From an uncultured virus (IMG/VR IMGVR_UViG_3300042291_002144) (taxonomy: Duplodnaviria > Heunggongvirae > Uroviricota > Caudoviricetes), in IMG/VR virus record IMGVR_UViG_3300042291_002144: 64,000 bases of DNA; one strand, 5' to 3'. Below, one piece after another: positions 10,489 to 20,600 of this stretch. The translations under genes and the position numbers were made by a program. The notes below the pieces were generated by a model. It worked only from the letters and a program-made list of their open reading frames with translations. It made no database searches and was not told the origin of the DNA. Each line of letters starts with the position of its first letter. Position 1 is the stretch's first letter.

Positions 10489-11040
10489 TTAATTAAAATC
10501 AAGTTCTACATCAAAGTCAAAATAGGCAAACTTTGCAGTAAATGTTTTAAAATCAGGAGTAGATGAACTATATGATAGTTTAAATCCATCTTGCGATTTA
10601 AGAATAGGTCTTTTAAAAACAATTGAAGATACTAAATAACCTTCATTATCTAATAGAGACAATCGCATAGGTGAAAAAGTAGGCTGGTCTCTATTTGAAA
10701 AGTCTAGATATTTTAAACTGTTTTCTAAAAATATAAAATAGTTTAAATACGCATCAGTAAGCTTAAAGGTTATGCTAAATTCTCGAGTAAATAAGTCAAC
10801 TACTTGTGTTGCATTTTTATAATCTTGTTTCTTACCAAAAAGACGCGTTTGAACAGTAGGATCCATTTGCCATCCTGGAAAATCAATGGATTGAATAGTT
10901 GCTGACATAAACTCATTGATTGTATCATATGGTAAAATCAAGCTTTGATAATATTTCTTGTATTTTTCTTTAATTTCCGGTGCAAAGTAATCTGGTGGAA
11001 AACTAAAAACAAATCCATTTTGTCGTACGTTAAGTAACAT
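10489..11040 (-). CDS. Putative tail completion protein (T4 gp3-like)
   Basis: F.F...IQS+DFPG...F.ITF...LLDN.G...F.Y..F pattern; lies downstream of gp14/gp15-like genes. Confidence 0.4.
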   Translation of the reverse strand: MLLNVRQNGFVFSFPPDYFAPEIKEKYKKYYQSLILPYDTINEFMSATIQSIDFPGWQMDPTVQTRLFGKKQDYKNATQVVDLFTREFSITFKLTDAYLNYFIFLENSLKYLDFSNRDQPTFSPMRLSLLDNEGYLVSSIVFKRPILKSQDGFKLSYSSSTPDFKTFTAKFAYFDFDVELDFN

Positions 11041-11043
11041 ATC

Positions 11044-11337
11044 TTATTTTAATTTTTTAACTATTTTTAGTTTTAATGCATAGGTACCTTTAATTAATCT
11101 ATGCCATTGTCCACGATCAATGAATACAGCAGTATTTAATTCACGAGGTAATTCATTTTCAAGCTGTATCTTCCAATCAGTTTTTTCAATAGCGATTATC
11201 ATTCTATCTTCATTATCCATATGCCATTGTAATTCAATAGGATTAATCGACTCATCGAAAGTACGAATTGTACAATCATCAGATATGTCAAGATCTCGAT
11301 AAATCACCAGAATCCAGGATAAGTTTTTCCACCCCAA
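11044..11337 (-). CDS. Small cupin-like protein (true start probably slightly downstream)
   Basis: ELQWHMD.EDR and QWHRLIKG His motifs. Confidence 0.5.
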   Translation of the reverse strand: MGWKNLSWILVIYRDLDISDDCTIRTFDESINPIELQWHMDNEDRMIIAIEKTDWKIQLENELPRELNTAVFIDRGQWHRLIKGTYALKLKIVKKLK

Positions 11338-11879
11338 AGGTGAGCATATCTATTAATTCGACAAGCCCAATACCCAGCAGTAGTTCGATCTTTTTTATCA
11401 GCGCAATTATGCCTAGCAGCAAATGATTTTCTAGCTTTAGGATCACTTACTTTTGCAGTTAATCCACCATGAACATCGCCAAATGCAATTTTCATAACTC
11501 TTCCTGTTTTAGGATTCTTAACGTATACTTGATATTTCTTCTTTTTACCACCACGCTGAGGATAGTTTAATTTAACATTATCCTCCTCATTAATACTGAG
11601 ATTCTCTAATGGAAGGTCCAATGGAACGGGGTGTCCCCTAAAGCTAGCAGTTAAACCTAAATCAGTAAATTCAAATAGCTGCCTATCAGGTAGTCCCAGT
11701 TCCAGAGATCCTTCAAAGAATAATTCTCGAGCTTCGCAAAGAAGAGTAATATGTGCATTTGAGCCAGGTCTAAATACTGACTCGATAATACTATTATCGT
11801 TATTAATATGATACTTTAAATTTTCAGAAATTTTTTCAGTACCTATAAATTGACTAAAACTTTTTATTCGTGTTTCCAT
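11304..11879 (-). CDS. Conserved phage protein with basic C-terminal domain; candidate head-internal protein
   Basis: RKSFAARHNC...AGYWAC motif; N-terminal IKSFSQFI..E; own late motif at 11884-11893. Confidence 0.55.
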   Translation of the reverse strand: METRIKSFSQFIGTEKISENLKYHINNDNSIIESVFRPGSNAHITLLCEARELFFEGSLELGLPDRQLFEFTDLGLTASFRGHPVPLDLPLENLSINEEDNVKLNYPQRGGKKKKYQVYVKNPKTGRVMKIAFGDVHGGLTAKVSDPKARKSFAARHNCADKKDRTTAGYWACRINRYAHLWGGKTYPGFW

Positions 11880-11888
11880 ATTAATTAT

Positions 11889-12674
11889 TTATTCGCCTGG
11901 TGAATAATTTTCATCAATCCACTTATCTGAAATAGGCGCGTTATCTGGGCCACTTGATTCACGAAGATTAAATTTCCTAATCATATTTCCTTTATATCTA
12001 GTTGAATGGTCATCAAAACTAGGAAAATACGTCTCCATATTTAGGTCAAGAGCAATACTTACTGTATTTGAATCAGTATAGGTAAAATTATATGATTTTG
12101 TAAATTGAGCAGAATCTGGAAAGGTTACTTGTGCTGGAATCCTTAATCCTCTAAATTGAAAATATCTTACTTGATTCTTGTAATAAAAATCAAAGATCTT
12201 TTCCATTATTTTAAAAGTCTTATTAATATTATCGCTCTCTATTTTAACATTAAATGTTAATGCCATTGGTAAAGTAAAGAGTCTTGCTGAAAATGCTTTT
12301 AATACTTTTTGATCATTTTCATCAAGCATTTCCTGATTAAAACTTCCCCTAACAAATTTATTAGTATTATCACTAGGTTTAATTGCAAAGGACGATAGTG
12401 TTACTATTCCACGAGGCATTTTTTCATAATTTCCTTCTGCATGATTTGGATATTTACAGTCAGTTGGAAGTTCAATAAAGAAATCTTTCATAAACCCTTC
12501 ATCTCCACCAAAATTATAGAAGAATGGAATTTCATGGTTTTCTATTTTTCCATCTCGAATTAATTGAATAATTACTTCTCGATTTAATAAATCAAGTAGA
12601 GAAAGGGTAGCATTTCTTAAGAAAATATCTTGGACATTTTCATTTCTAATATTTTCATTATTTGTAACTTGCAT
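11889..12674 (-). CDS. Tail sheath stabiliser/terminator (T4 gp15-like); ATG at 12674 preferred
   Basis: IPFFY..., MPRG, LPMALTFNVKI...KIMEKIFDFY pattern; follows the gp14-like gene. Confidence 0.6.
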   Translation of the reverse strand: MQVTNNENIRNENVQDIFLRNATLSLLDLLNREVIIQLIRDGKIENHEIPFFYNFGGDEGFMKDFFIELPTDCKYPNHAEGNYEKMPRGIVTLSSFAIKPSDNTNKFVRGSFNQEMLDENDQKVLKAFSARLFTLPMALTFNVKIESDNINKTFKIMEKIFDFYYKNQVRYFQFRGLRIPAQVTFPDSAQFTKSYNFTYTDSNTVSIALDLNMETYFPSFDDHSTRYKGNMIRKFNLRESSGPDNAPISDKWIDENYSPGE

Positions 12675-12678
12675 AATA

Positions 12679-14463
12679 TTATCTATTTTTAGCGATGTAT
12701 GGTAGATTAGATTGAGGTCTACAATTATCAATTAGGACAATCATAGATTCATCTTTTAAAAACTGTTGACTTAGGATAAAATCATGTTCCTCTTCCCTAA
12801 GCATAGTATTAAATATACGAATATTAGTTATTAGGAGTTTTGAATTAAGTAATTGATAATTTTCAGTAAGATCAAATGATTCTTGGGTAAACGAAGAGAT
12901 ATTTGATAGAACTCTAATAAATCCATTATGATTTATAATATCACTAGGATCCTCCTTAATTGAATATACATAGGCTCCACTTTGTTTAAATTCATTAGAT
13001 GCTGAAATTACAAGAGCATGCCAAGTAGAACTTACAAAATTATTAATTACATAATTTTTAATTTGAGAATTTATCTTTACTGTAATAGTCAAGTCTCCAT
13101 TTGGTAAAGAGGAACTATATCTTGCAAATACTGCACTAATTTGAATACCCGATTGAGTTGAGTCACTATATCCATCAATAAAATTAATAGCAGTTGAAAT
13201 AGATGGCACATTAAATAAGCAGGTAAATGAAAGATTTTTAGAATCAGTCATATTAAACCTAGGTAAAGAATTATAGATAATTGCAGGTTCACTATTTACT
13301 TGTGAAATATTCCCAAGATCATAATAATTTTCAATTAGCGGTGCATAATTAAAAGTATATTTTAGAGGACGTTGCGTAATATCTGGATGAATTGCTTTTC
13401 TGGAAGAGTCAAAAGTTGTTGTAATCTTATTATATTGAGCTGGCATTGTTGAATCTTTAATATCTTTTTCAACTTCTTCACTAAATAGCTGATCTGCACT
13501 TAAGATAACATTATCTAAGAAACTCCTAGAGTCATCGGTTAAGAGCATATCAATATTTGGATTGTATTTTTTAAGTTGAATCTTCCAAAAAGTAGGAGCC
13601 ATCATAAATCCTTTATTTAGATATGATCCCTGAATCTCAAACATTCTGTTTAATAATGGAAAATAGAGAAAGTCTCTTTTTCTAGGTTCAGAGTTTGATC
13701 CAAAAATAGATTGAAAATATTTATGGTCTACCTCTATTTCAAAAGGTAATTGAAAGTCTATTCCAAATTCAGTATATTTTGGAGTATTTTCAGGAAAGGC
13801 ATTATCTTTTACCATTACTTTTATACACTTACGATCAATATTCTTATAGAGGGTCCACTCTTTAAATACATAATCACCACTATTTGAATCTGGTAAAGTT
13901 CTAAAATAGACTACTTGATGTCCATATAGTTGATTTGTAAAAAAGGAAAGTTCTTGATACATTCCAATAGCACTGTCCACATTATATGGTCTAAAACTAG
14001 GATTAGCATTTTGAACAATCGAAGTACACTTTTCATCACTACATACTAATTTAGGAGAATAAGTATTTGCAACTGATTCAACCTGTTTAAATCTAAGCTT
14101 AACTTCATTAATTATAATAGGGGTTGAAAGTTCATCACTAGTACCATCATCATATTCATACTTAACTTCAAAGTAGAAGCCATCGCAGTCATCTAAAAAG
14201 ATATTTGCAGCATCTCCTAAATTTCCAGGAGAAACTTGATACCATAATGACCAATCTAATCTGTTTCTAGAATACCTAAAACTTCGAGTTAGCTTAGTTA
14301 AATCTAGAGTATTTGGAGAGTCTATTACTAGATCTTCAACGAAATCTGTAAATTCAGTTATCTTGCATATTGGATCGACTGTTGAAAATATTCTAAAATT
14401 TTTAGAAAAAGTTAAAGAATTATTTTGAGGATCGATTAATAGTTTGACAGTTGTTTTAACCAT
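12679..14463 (-). CDS. Neck/head-closure protein (T4 gp14-like core) with extra N-terminal and LamG-like C-terminal domains
   Basis: YGHQVVYF and PRKRDFLYFP..RMFEI motifs; C-terminal WHALVI...NIRIFN. Confidence 0.6.
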   Translation of the reverse strand: MVKTTVKLLIDPQNNSLTFSKNFRIFSTVDPICKITEFTDFVEDLVIDSPNTLDLTKLTRSFRYSRNRLDWSLWYQVSPGNLGDAANIFLDDCDGFYFEVKYEYDDGTSDELSTPIIINEVKLRFKQVESVANTYSPKLVCSDEKCTSIVQNANPSFRPYNVDSAIGMYQELSFFTNQLYGHQVVYFRTLPDSNSGDYVFKEWTLYKNIDRKCIKVMVKDNAFPENTPKYTEFGIDFQLPFEIEVDHKYFQSIFGSNSEPRKRDFLYFPLLNRMFEIQGSYLNKGFMMAPTFWKIQLKKYNPNIDMLLTDDSRSFLDNVILSADQLFSEEVEKDIKDSTMPAQYNKITTTFDSSRKAIHPDITQRPLKYTFNYAPLIENYYDLGNISQVNSEPAIIYNSLPRFNMTDSKNLSFTCLFNVPSISTAINFIDGYSDSTQSGIQISAVFARYSSSLPNGDLTITVKINSQIKNYVINNFVSSTWHALVISASNEFKQSGAYVYSIKEDPSDIINHNGFIRVLSNISSFTQESFDLTENYQLLNSKLLITNIRIFNTMLREEEHDFILSQQFLKDESMIVLIDNCRPQSNLPYIAKNR

Positions 14464-14508
14464 TGAGGTAAACGTTTATTTAGTTTATTTATTTTAATTT
14501 TTTAACTA

Positions 14509-14533
14509 AACTAGTATACTGGTTATAGTAAAA
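14509..14533 (+). promoter_or_regulatory. Bipartite promoter AAC-N15-AGTAAAA, overlapping a late motif at 14532-14541
   Basis: Matches the recurring motif family. Confidence 0.6.
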
Positions 14534-14558
14534 TAAATAATAAAAAAGAGATTATACT

Positions 14559-15359
14559 TTGAAAAAGAAACCGATACTTGACCCACTGTGGATAACTAAA
14601 GGGTCTTACTTAGACCCAGAATATTTCAATTACGTGTTGCTTGCAGCTAGCCAAAAATATAGAGTTGATTTTGAAGAAGGACAATTAGATTATTTTTATG
14701 AAATATTTTTTCATAGTTTAAACTTAAATAATTTGGCAATTGATGGCCGACTTTTTGATTTTAAATTACACCCTATTTTTAAGAGTGAGCGTATTCATAA
14801 AATTACAACAGATCTTAAGCAGATTTATACAAAAAAGGAGGAAGTTGTTGAGATATTTAGAAATGCAAATTATGTATTCCTAAATATTATTATGGAATAC
14901 ATGGAAGTTCAAATGGATGTTTTAGAAAAAATTGAATTTTTCTATTTAAATGAGATGATTCACGAACAATCTGAAATATTCTTGGTAATTAATAGATTAG
15001 GAAATAAGAAATATAATATTTGGAAGATATCATCTGACTTAAATCGAGATTTTGGGTATTCTTTTAAAAAGATTAAATCGATTACTATAAAAGAAATAAA
15101 GGAGAACGCCCTTAGGGAAGAACTAGATAAGTTAGACGACCCTGAATTAGAAAACATGATAGAATCTAAAAACGTTTTATTCACGGTCTTAGATGGGCCC
15201 TCTGAAAAGATCTCTGCAAATATTATTAAAGACATTATTCTTTTAAATAAGGGTGTTGCAAAAGGCATGAATTTCGAACCGTCAATAATAGAAGAATTTT
15301 ATGGACTTCTTATGTCGGAGAGATTAATGCCTTTTACACTTAATCAGTGGATAGATTAA
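14559..15359 (+). CDS. Hypothetical protein
   Basis: 266-aa ORF with TTG start, on the opposite strand to the flanking structural genes. Confidence 0.6.
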   Translation: MKKKPILDPLWITKGSYLDPEYFNYVLLAASQKYRVDFEEGQLDYFYEIFFHSLNLNNLAIDGRLFDFKLHPIFKSERIHKITTDLKQIYTKKEEVVEIFRNANYVFLNIIMEYMEVQMDVLEKIEFFYLNEMIHEQSEIFLVINRLGNKKYNIWKISSDLNRDFGYSFKKIKSITIKEIKENALREELDKLDDPELENMIESKNVLFTVLDGPSEKISANIIKDIILLNKGVAKGMNFEPSIIEEFYGLLMSERLMPFTLNQWID

Positions 15360-17695
15360 AGTTTAATGATGTATATTAATGCATAGAATGGTGGTAAGTT
15401 ATTAACTGGAGCAGTTGCGCCAGTTTGACCATTTACTGTACCCCATGTTAATTGTGGGTTTCCATCTTTATTTCGTATACCATTTCCAGTAGTTCCTCTA
15501 AAATTATCTTTAGGGTGAGTATGTAAAGCATAATCAACTATTGATTTACCAAAATATTCACTTTCATGCACAACACCGCCATCACCGCTATTTGGATTAA
15601 CTCCTCTACGATCACCAGATCCGCTTTCGGGTGCGATTAACAATGGATGACGGTGAGAACCAGACGATGTAATACTAACATCGGCACCATTAACTTCAGG
15701 GGTTGCTGGATCATCATACATTTCGTGACTATGCGCAGGTATTTGCGCTTGGGCTAGATAATTTTCACGTTTACCACCACTAGTATTAAGATTATATATT
15801 CCACCATCTGCATGTGCTCCAGCGTTTGATTGTTGATAATAAGTGGATGCGCCTATAATAAAAGCACCTCTAAGATCCGGAACATTATTTGCACCAATAA
15901 CTGTTGCTAAGGTCGTGTTATTTATGTTTTGACCATTACACTCAAGCCAGCCGGCAGGAGCAGCGGATCCTGCATAGGCCACTATTGAGCCAGTCGGGAC
16001 TCCTACTTGTGAAAAGGGAGCCCATGAAGCTTTTCCATAAGCATCTGACTGCATAACTGCTCCATCCTGCTGATGAGTATCAACCATTCGAATACTTCCG
16101 ACCACATGGAGAGCAGCTGTCGGATCGTCAATATTAATACCTACCCCTTGCCATGTGACTGAAAGTGTAGACTGGGGTGAATTGGCGATGTTGACTTTAA
16201 CTGCAGGTAGGGTAACAAAATCAGCAAGTGGTTGTTTAATATGAAAATTAGCAGTTGGGGTATCTAGGCCAATCCCGACTCTACCGCTATTTTTTATTAC
16301 AAATGGGGTTGAATCAATACTTGCCTCATCTTCTACTAAAAAAGAATCGTCAGTTGTTGCAGTATTAGTAATATGTACTTTTGCAGATGGTGTGCTTGTT
16401 CCAATTCCTACTTTACCTTCAATGATTGCACCATCAGTAGGAGCTGCAACTGATTTGTAACCATCTCCAATTGAAGCATTTCCAGCAACGGTTAAGTAAG
16501 AAGTAGGATCAATATCGCCTATTGATAGTTTACCAATAACATTAGTATCTCCTATAATATAAGTTTTATCATTTAGTAAAATTCCATCAATACCTGAACT
16601 ATTGTCTAACATAGCCAGTGAAGTAGTACTTAATCTAGAATAACTACTTACGTAATTAATAGCTAAACCAAGAGTTGATGCAATATTCTCTTGTCTTAAT
16701 GCAAAAGTAATTCCGTCTGCCACTACATGATTAACATTATATGTGTTTTGTTCAACGACAGCTTCCCATGGACCAATAAATGTATTTAATTCATCTTTGA
16801 TAATACTACCTAAATTTTGCCTATTCAATTTAGGTGTAACAAAATCAAATAACCCATTTTGATCAACTAATGGACTATTAAAATCTTCAGGAAGAGAAAG
16901 AGAAAACTTTGCAGTATTTACCCAATTATTATTATTAGTTGGACTTAACTGTGGAGAAGCAATGTAATCTTTATAAAAATTTATTTTTAGATTATGCTTA
17001 ACGTCACTTAGTTTATTTATCGAAGTTCCATCATTATATAATGAACCAAGCTCTATATGATATCTTCCATGCTCTGCCGCTAGCGACGATTGACCATCTG
17101 CGTGATTTGCAAAAATACTAGTTAATGAATTATATAAAATTTTTGGATCTGCTGGAAAATCAATAGATGGAGATGTTTCATCAAAATTATGTAAAAATAA
17201 TTGATTATTTGATGAAGCATTTAAAGTACCTCTAATTTGATCCATTCCTCCATTTCTTTGACTAAATGCAATAAATCGAGTATCTATATGAGCAGGATCT
17301 TTACCTAGGGTTTTAACAAATGGAGAACCATTTATTGCTAAATAATTATTGATAATTGTAGATATCCCAACTTCTAATGTCCAAGTAGAAGTAGCTGAGT
17401 CCCAACTCCATACATCAAAATTAACATTATCTAGATAGAGATCACCATCTAATAATCCGGTAAAGGTATGTGTAGTTGGAGTATTTGAATCGACCCACCA
17501 AGTAGTTCCTCTAATTCCTTGAGGGCCATCTAATCCAATTGGACCAGCTGGGCCCTGAGGTCCAGTTGAACCAATTGGTCCAGGAGTACCTACTCCAAGT
17601 TCAAGAAGTTTATTGAAATTGAAATTTACTTTTTCAACGTTTATCTCTTGAGGATCTGACGGAAAAATCTCTTTTAAGTTTATTCTAATTGGCAT
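15356..17695 (-). CDS. Tail fibre with collagen-like repeat and phage tail collar domain
   Basis: GPxGPx repeats; GKVGIGT..P repeats; VPTGSIVAYAG..APAGWL.CNG..PDLRG; terminal NNLPPFYALIYIIKL. Confidence 0.85.
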   Translation of the reverse strand: MPIRINLKEIFPSDPQEINVEKVNFNFNKLLELGVGTPGPIGSTGPQGPAGPIGLDGPQGIRGTTWWVDSNTPTTHTFTGLLDGDLYLDNVNFDVWSWDSATSTWTLEVGISTIINNYLAINGSPFVKTLGKDPAHIDTRFIAFSQRNGGMDQIRGTLNASSNNQLFLHNFDETSPSIDFPADPKILYNSLTSIFANHADGQSSLAAEHGRYHIELGSLYNDGTSINKLSDVKHNLKINFYKDYIASPQLSPTNNNNWVNTAKFSLSLPEDFNSPLVDQNGLFDFVTPKLNRQNLGSIIKDELNTFIGPWEAVVEQNTYNVNHVVADGITFALRQENIASTLGLAINYVSSYSRLSTTSLAMLDNSSGIDGILLNDKTYIIGDTNVIGKLSIGDIDPTSYLTVAGNASIGDGYKSVAAPTDGAIIEGKVGIGTSTPSAKVHITNTATTDDSFLVEDEASIDSTPFVIKNSGRVGIGLDTPTANFHIKQPLADFVTLPAVKVNIANSPQSTLSVTWQGVGINIDDPTAALHVVGSIRMVDTHQQDGAVMQSDAYGKASWAPFSQVGVPTGSIVAYAGSAAPAGWLECNGQNINNTTLATVIGANNVPDLRGAFIIGASTYYQQSNAGAHADGGIYNLNTSGGKRENYLAQAQIPAHSHEMYDDPATPEVNGADVSITSSGSHRHPLLIAPESGSGDRRGVNPNSGDGGVVHESEYFGKSIVDYALHTHPKDNFRGTTGNGIRNKDGNPQLTWGTVNGQTGATAPVNNLPPFYALIYIIKL

Positions 17696-17696
17696 A

Positions 17697-20600
17697 TTAG
17701 ATGAATTTAATTTTTATTTTTGGACTTACTAGTAATCCTGAACCAGGTTTTTTAGTAAAACTAAATTTAAGTACTAGTCTGTCTTTTTTATTTATTTGCA
17801 ATGATTTAAGTATAGTATAACCCTGAGTAAAGCGTTCCCGATCGGTAAGGAATCTAAATGAGATTCCATTTGGGTTTGCTGAACTTCTAGTATTTGTACT
17901 TGAAAGTGCAGCACTTGGTTTTGAATAGAACTCATTTATATCAACATCATATAATTTTAAGATATTTAATTTTATGTATTGCTTAACATAATCTTCAATA
18001 CTATTAAAATTTCCAATAAATTCATTTGAGTTTATTAAATATTGATTAAACTTAGCGGTAATTCCATCTTCAATTAGGAATCTAGCCAAGACATTATTTA
18101 AGTTAATTATTCCTGTTAAAGAATCTGGAGTATCTTTAATAATTAATTCTTTATCACTAATATCTATCTTATCTAAATCATCGTTACTTGAAATAAACGT
18201 TTGATTAAATTGGTCAAGTTCAATAAATTCTGGTAAGTTAATTAATTTAGCTAAGAATGAATCGTCTTCTTCAACTCTTAATGCACCGGATACTGGAACC
18301 TTTTGTGATTTACTTGAATATTTATAGTGGAATCCCCAGTCCCAGTTTCCTCGAAGAAGAAAATATTCACCTTGGCCTATGGCCACTTCATCAATTTTAG
18401 GATAAATCGGTAAGTATGAATCATCTGATTCAAGGTCTAATACTTTACTATCTGAAACTTTTATATGATTAAAATTAGGAATCACCATATTTGAAGCAAC
18501 ATTAGAGTTTATTTTAATATTACTTAAAGAAATATCAGAAATATTATTTTTAGTAAATTTAAAGTTAGATTGATATATTAACTGGTTTTGAACGATTGGC
18601 TCGTATTCTCCACGATATCTATTTAATTCATATTTTCGTGGCAATTCAGCAACTTCATATTCAGTACCAATTTCAGTTTGTCCAGAAAATTGAGTAGGTA
18701 CACTAGATGTATAATTAGTGATTATTTGATTTTGTTTTTCAATATTCGACTGGTCCAATATTTCAAGATAGAAATTAGGATTACTTACAGGTATACCGGA
18801 AGAATCAGAATAAGAATAATATTCAATTACTTTATGAAAAGTAGTAGATCGCTGTTCATTAACATATTTTTTAAATTTAGCAAATGATAGTTTTTCAAGT
18901 AATCTCTCAAAATACTTTTCTCCGCCATTCATTACTTTAAATACATAATAGTTATCAATAGCTGCCTCAGAACCATACGGTATGACACCAGCGGTTAATA
19001 CTGGATATGATGGAGCAATTAAACATGGAGTATACAGTGAATTGTCATAATGTATATAATTATCAAATACGCGGTCAAAGATATTTATTAATTTGTAAGG
19101 AGCGACTGCACCAGGCCCAACTGGACCAGTTGAAGTTTTCGAACCAAGAAATAGATTAGAACCAGTTATTGTGTCATTAATAAATATTACAGTATCTTGA
19201 GTAGGATTAACAAAGTCATCAGATAAAATAGATGGATATTGTAAAATATCGATATTATTTAATCTACGAACGGTATTTCCAGTAGGAAAGGCTGCAATAT
19301 TTAATTTTGAGGCAAGTCGAATATTTGAAAATGCATTAGATAAGTTATTATATTTCTTATTTTTTAAAGAATATAATAGGGAATGTGTCATATTAGAAAC
19401 ACCAGCAGTATTAAAATTAATTCGGTATTCACCATTAATTGTTTCAAATGCATATGTTTTAGTAGGATCAGTTGGGATAAATAATGGATCATTAAAATTA
19501 GCAGTATCTAATAAATCATTACCAGTTGACAAATCATACCATACTGGATCTATTTGATCTAGATAACCAATTGCTACTTCAATAACAACTACTATAAATT
19601 TAAATTGAGTATGCTCAATTACTTTATATGTAATTGGGGCCTGTTTTTTATTATTAATCTCTTCTTTTACTGGTTTAAGTATACAACTAAATTTATATCC
19701 ATCAAATCTATTAGTTTCAGTTTTAGCTAATGGTTTACCGTCTGGCCCATTAACAGTAGGATCGGTAACATCTTTAAATGTAATTTTAAACCCTTTAAAA
19801 AATGCTTCATATTGACCTGCACTATTTTTAATTAGTGAAGAATATCTAAATTGAGTGTCGGCAACTTCTTTGCTTTGTTCATTGGTTGGAGTATAAGTAA
19901 AGTAATTTAAGAAATAATCTGGATCAGTTAGTAACTGACCAGTATAATCAAATGGAGTTTCAAAATAATAGTTGTTTTTAGCAACAGTTATATCATCATT
20001 CATATAGTTAAAACTACTCTCAATATAGAACCATTCATGGGTAAAATTTAATGGATTTTGAGAAGAGTCAACATGATCAGGTGAAAAATTATTTCGGCCA
20101 AATATAAGTTCGGTATTTAATCTATATGGATTGCTTCGAGAATCAGTTCCGTTTTTTATTCCCCATTTAGTAATATAAGGAATCATTTTAGATCTCAATG
20201 CAAAATCTAAACTTTCATTTTCTTTATAGAAATCATATTCGGATGGGGTAACTCCATTTAAATATTTTGTTCGAGTTGAATATTCTTGAACATCAATTGA
20301 ATTTTGTGAAATTACTTTACTAGGATCCTTAAGTAGTGAAAATCCAGTAAAATCATTTACTTCACCATTACCATCATTTAATGGAATAGTAAGATTTGAT
20401 GAACTTGGATTAAATGTAACTAACGGGTTACCTGAAACAATTGAATAAGATAAAGGCGCGGGTCCAAGTGGAATAAATTGTGTACCACTAGAATATAGAA
20501 TTCCAGTAGCGGAACCATCATTTAGTATAATATCTCCATTATAGACAATATAGTTAATATTAGGCTCTAGTAATTTAATATCTGCTGGAATAAAATAATA

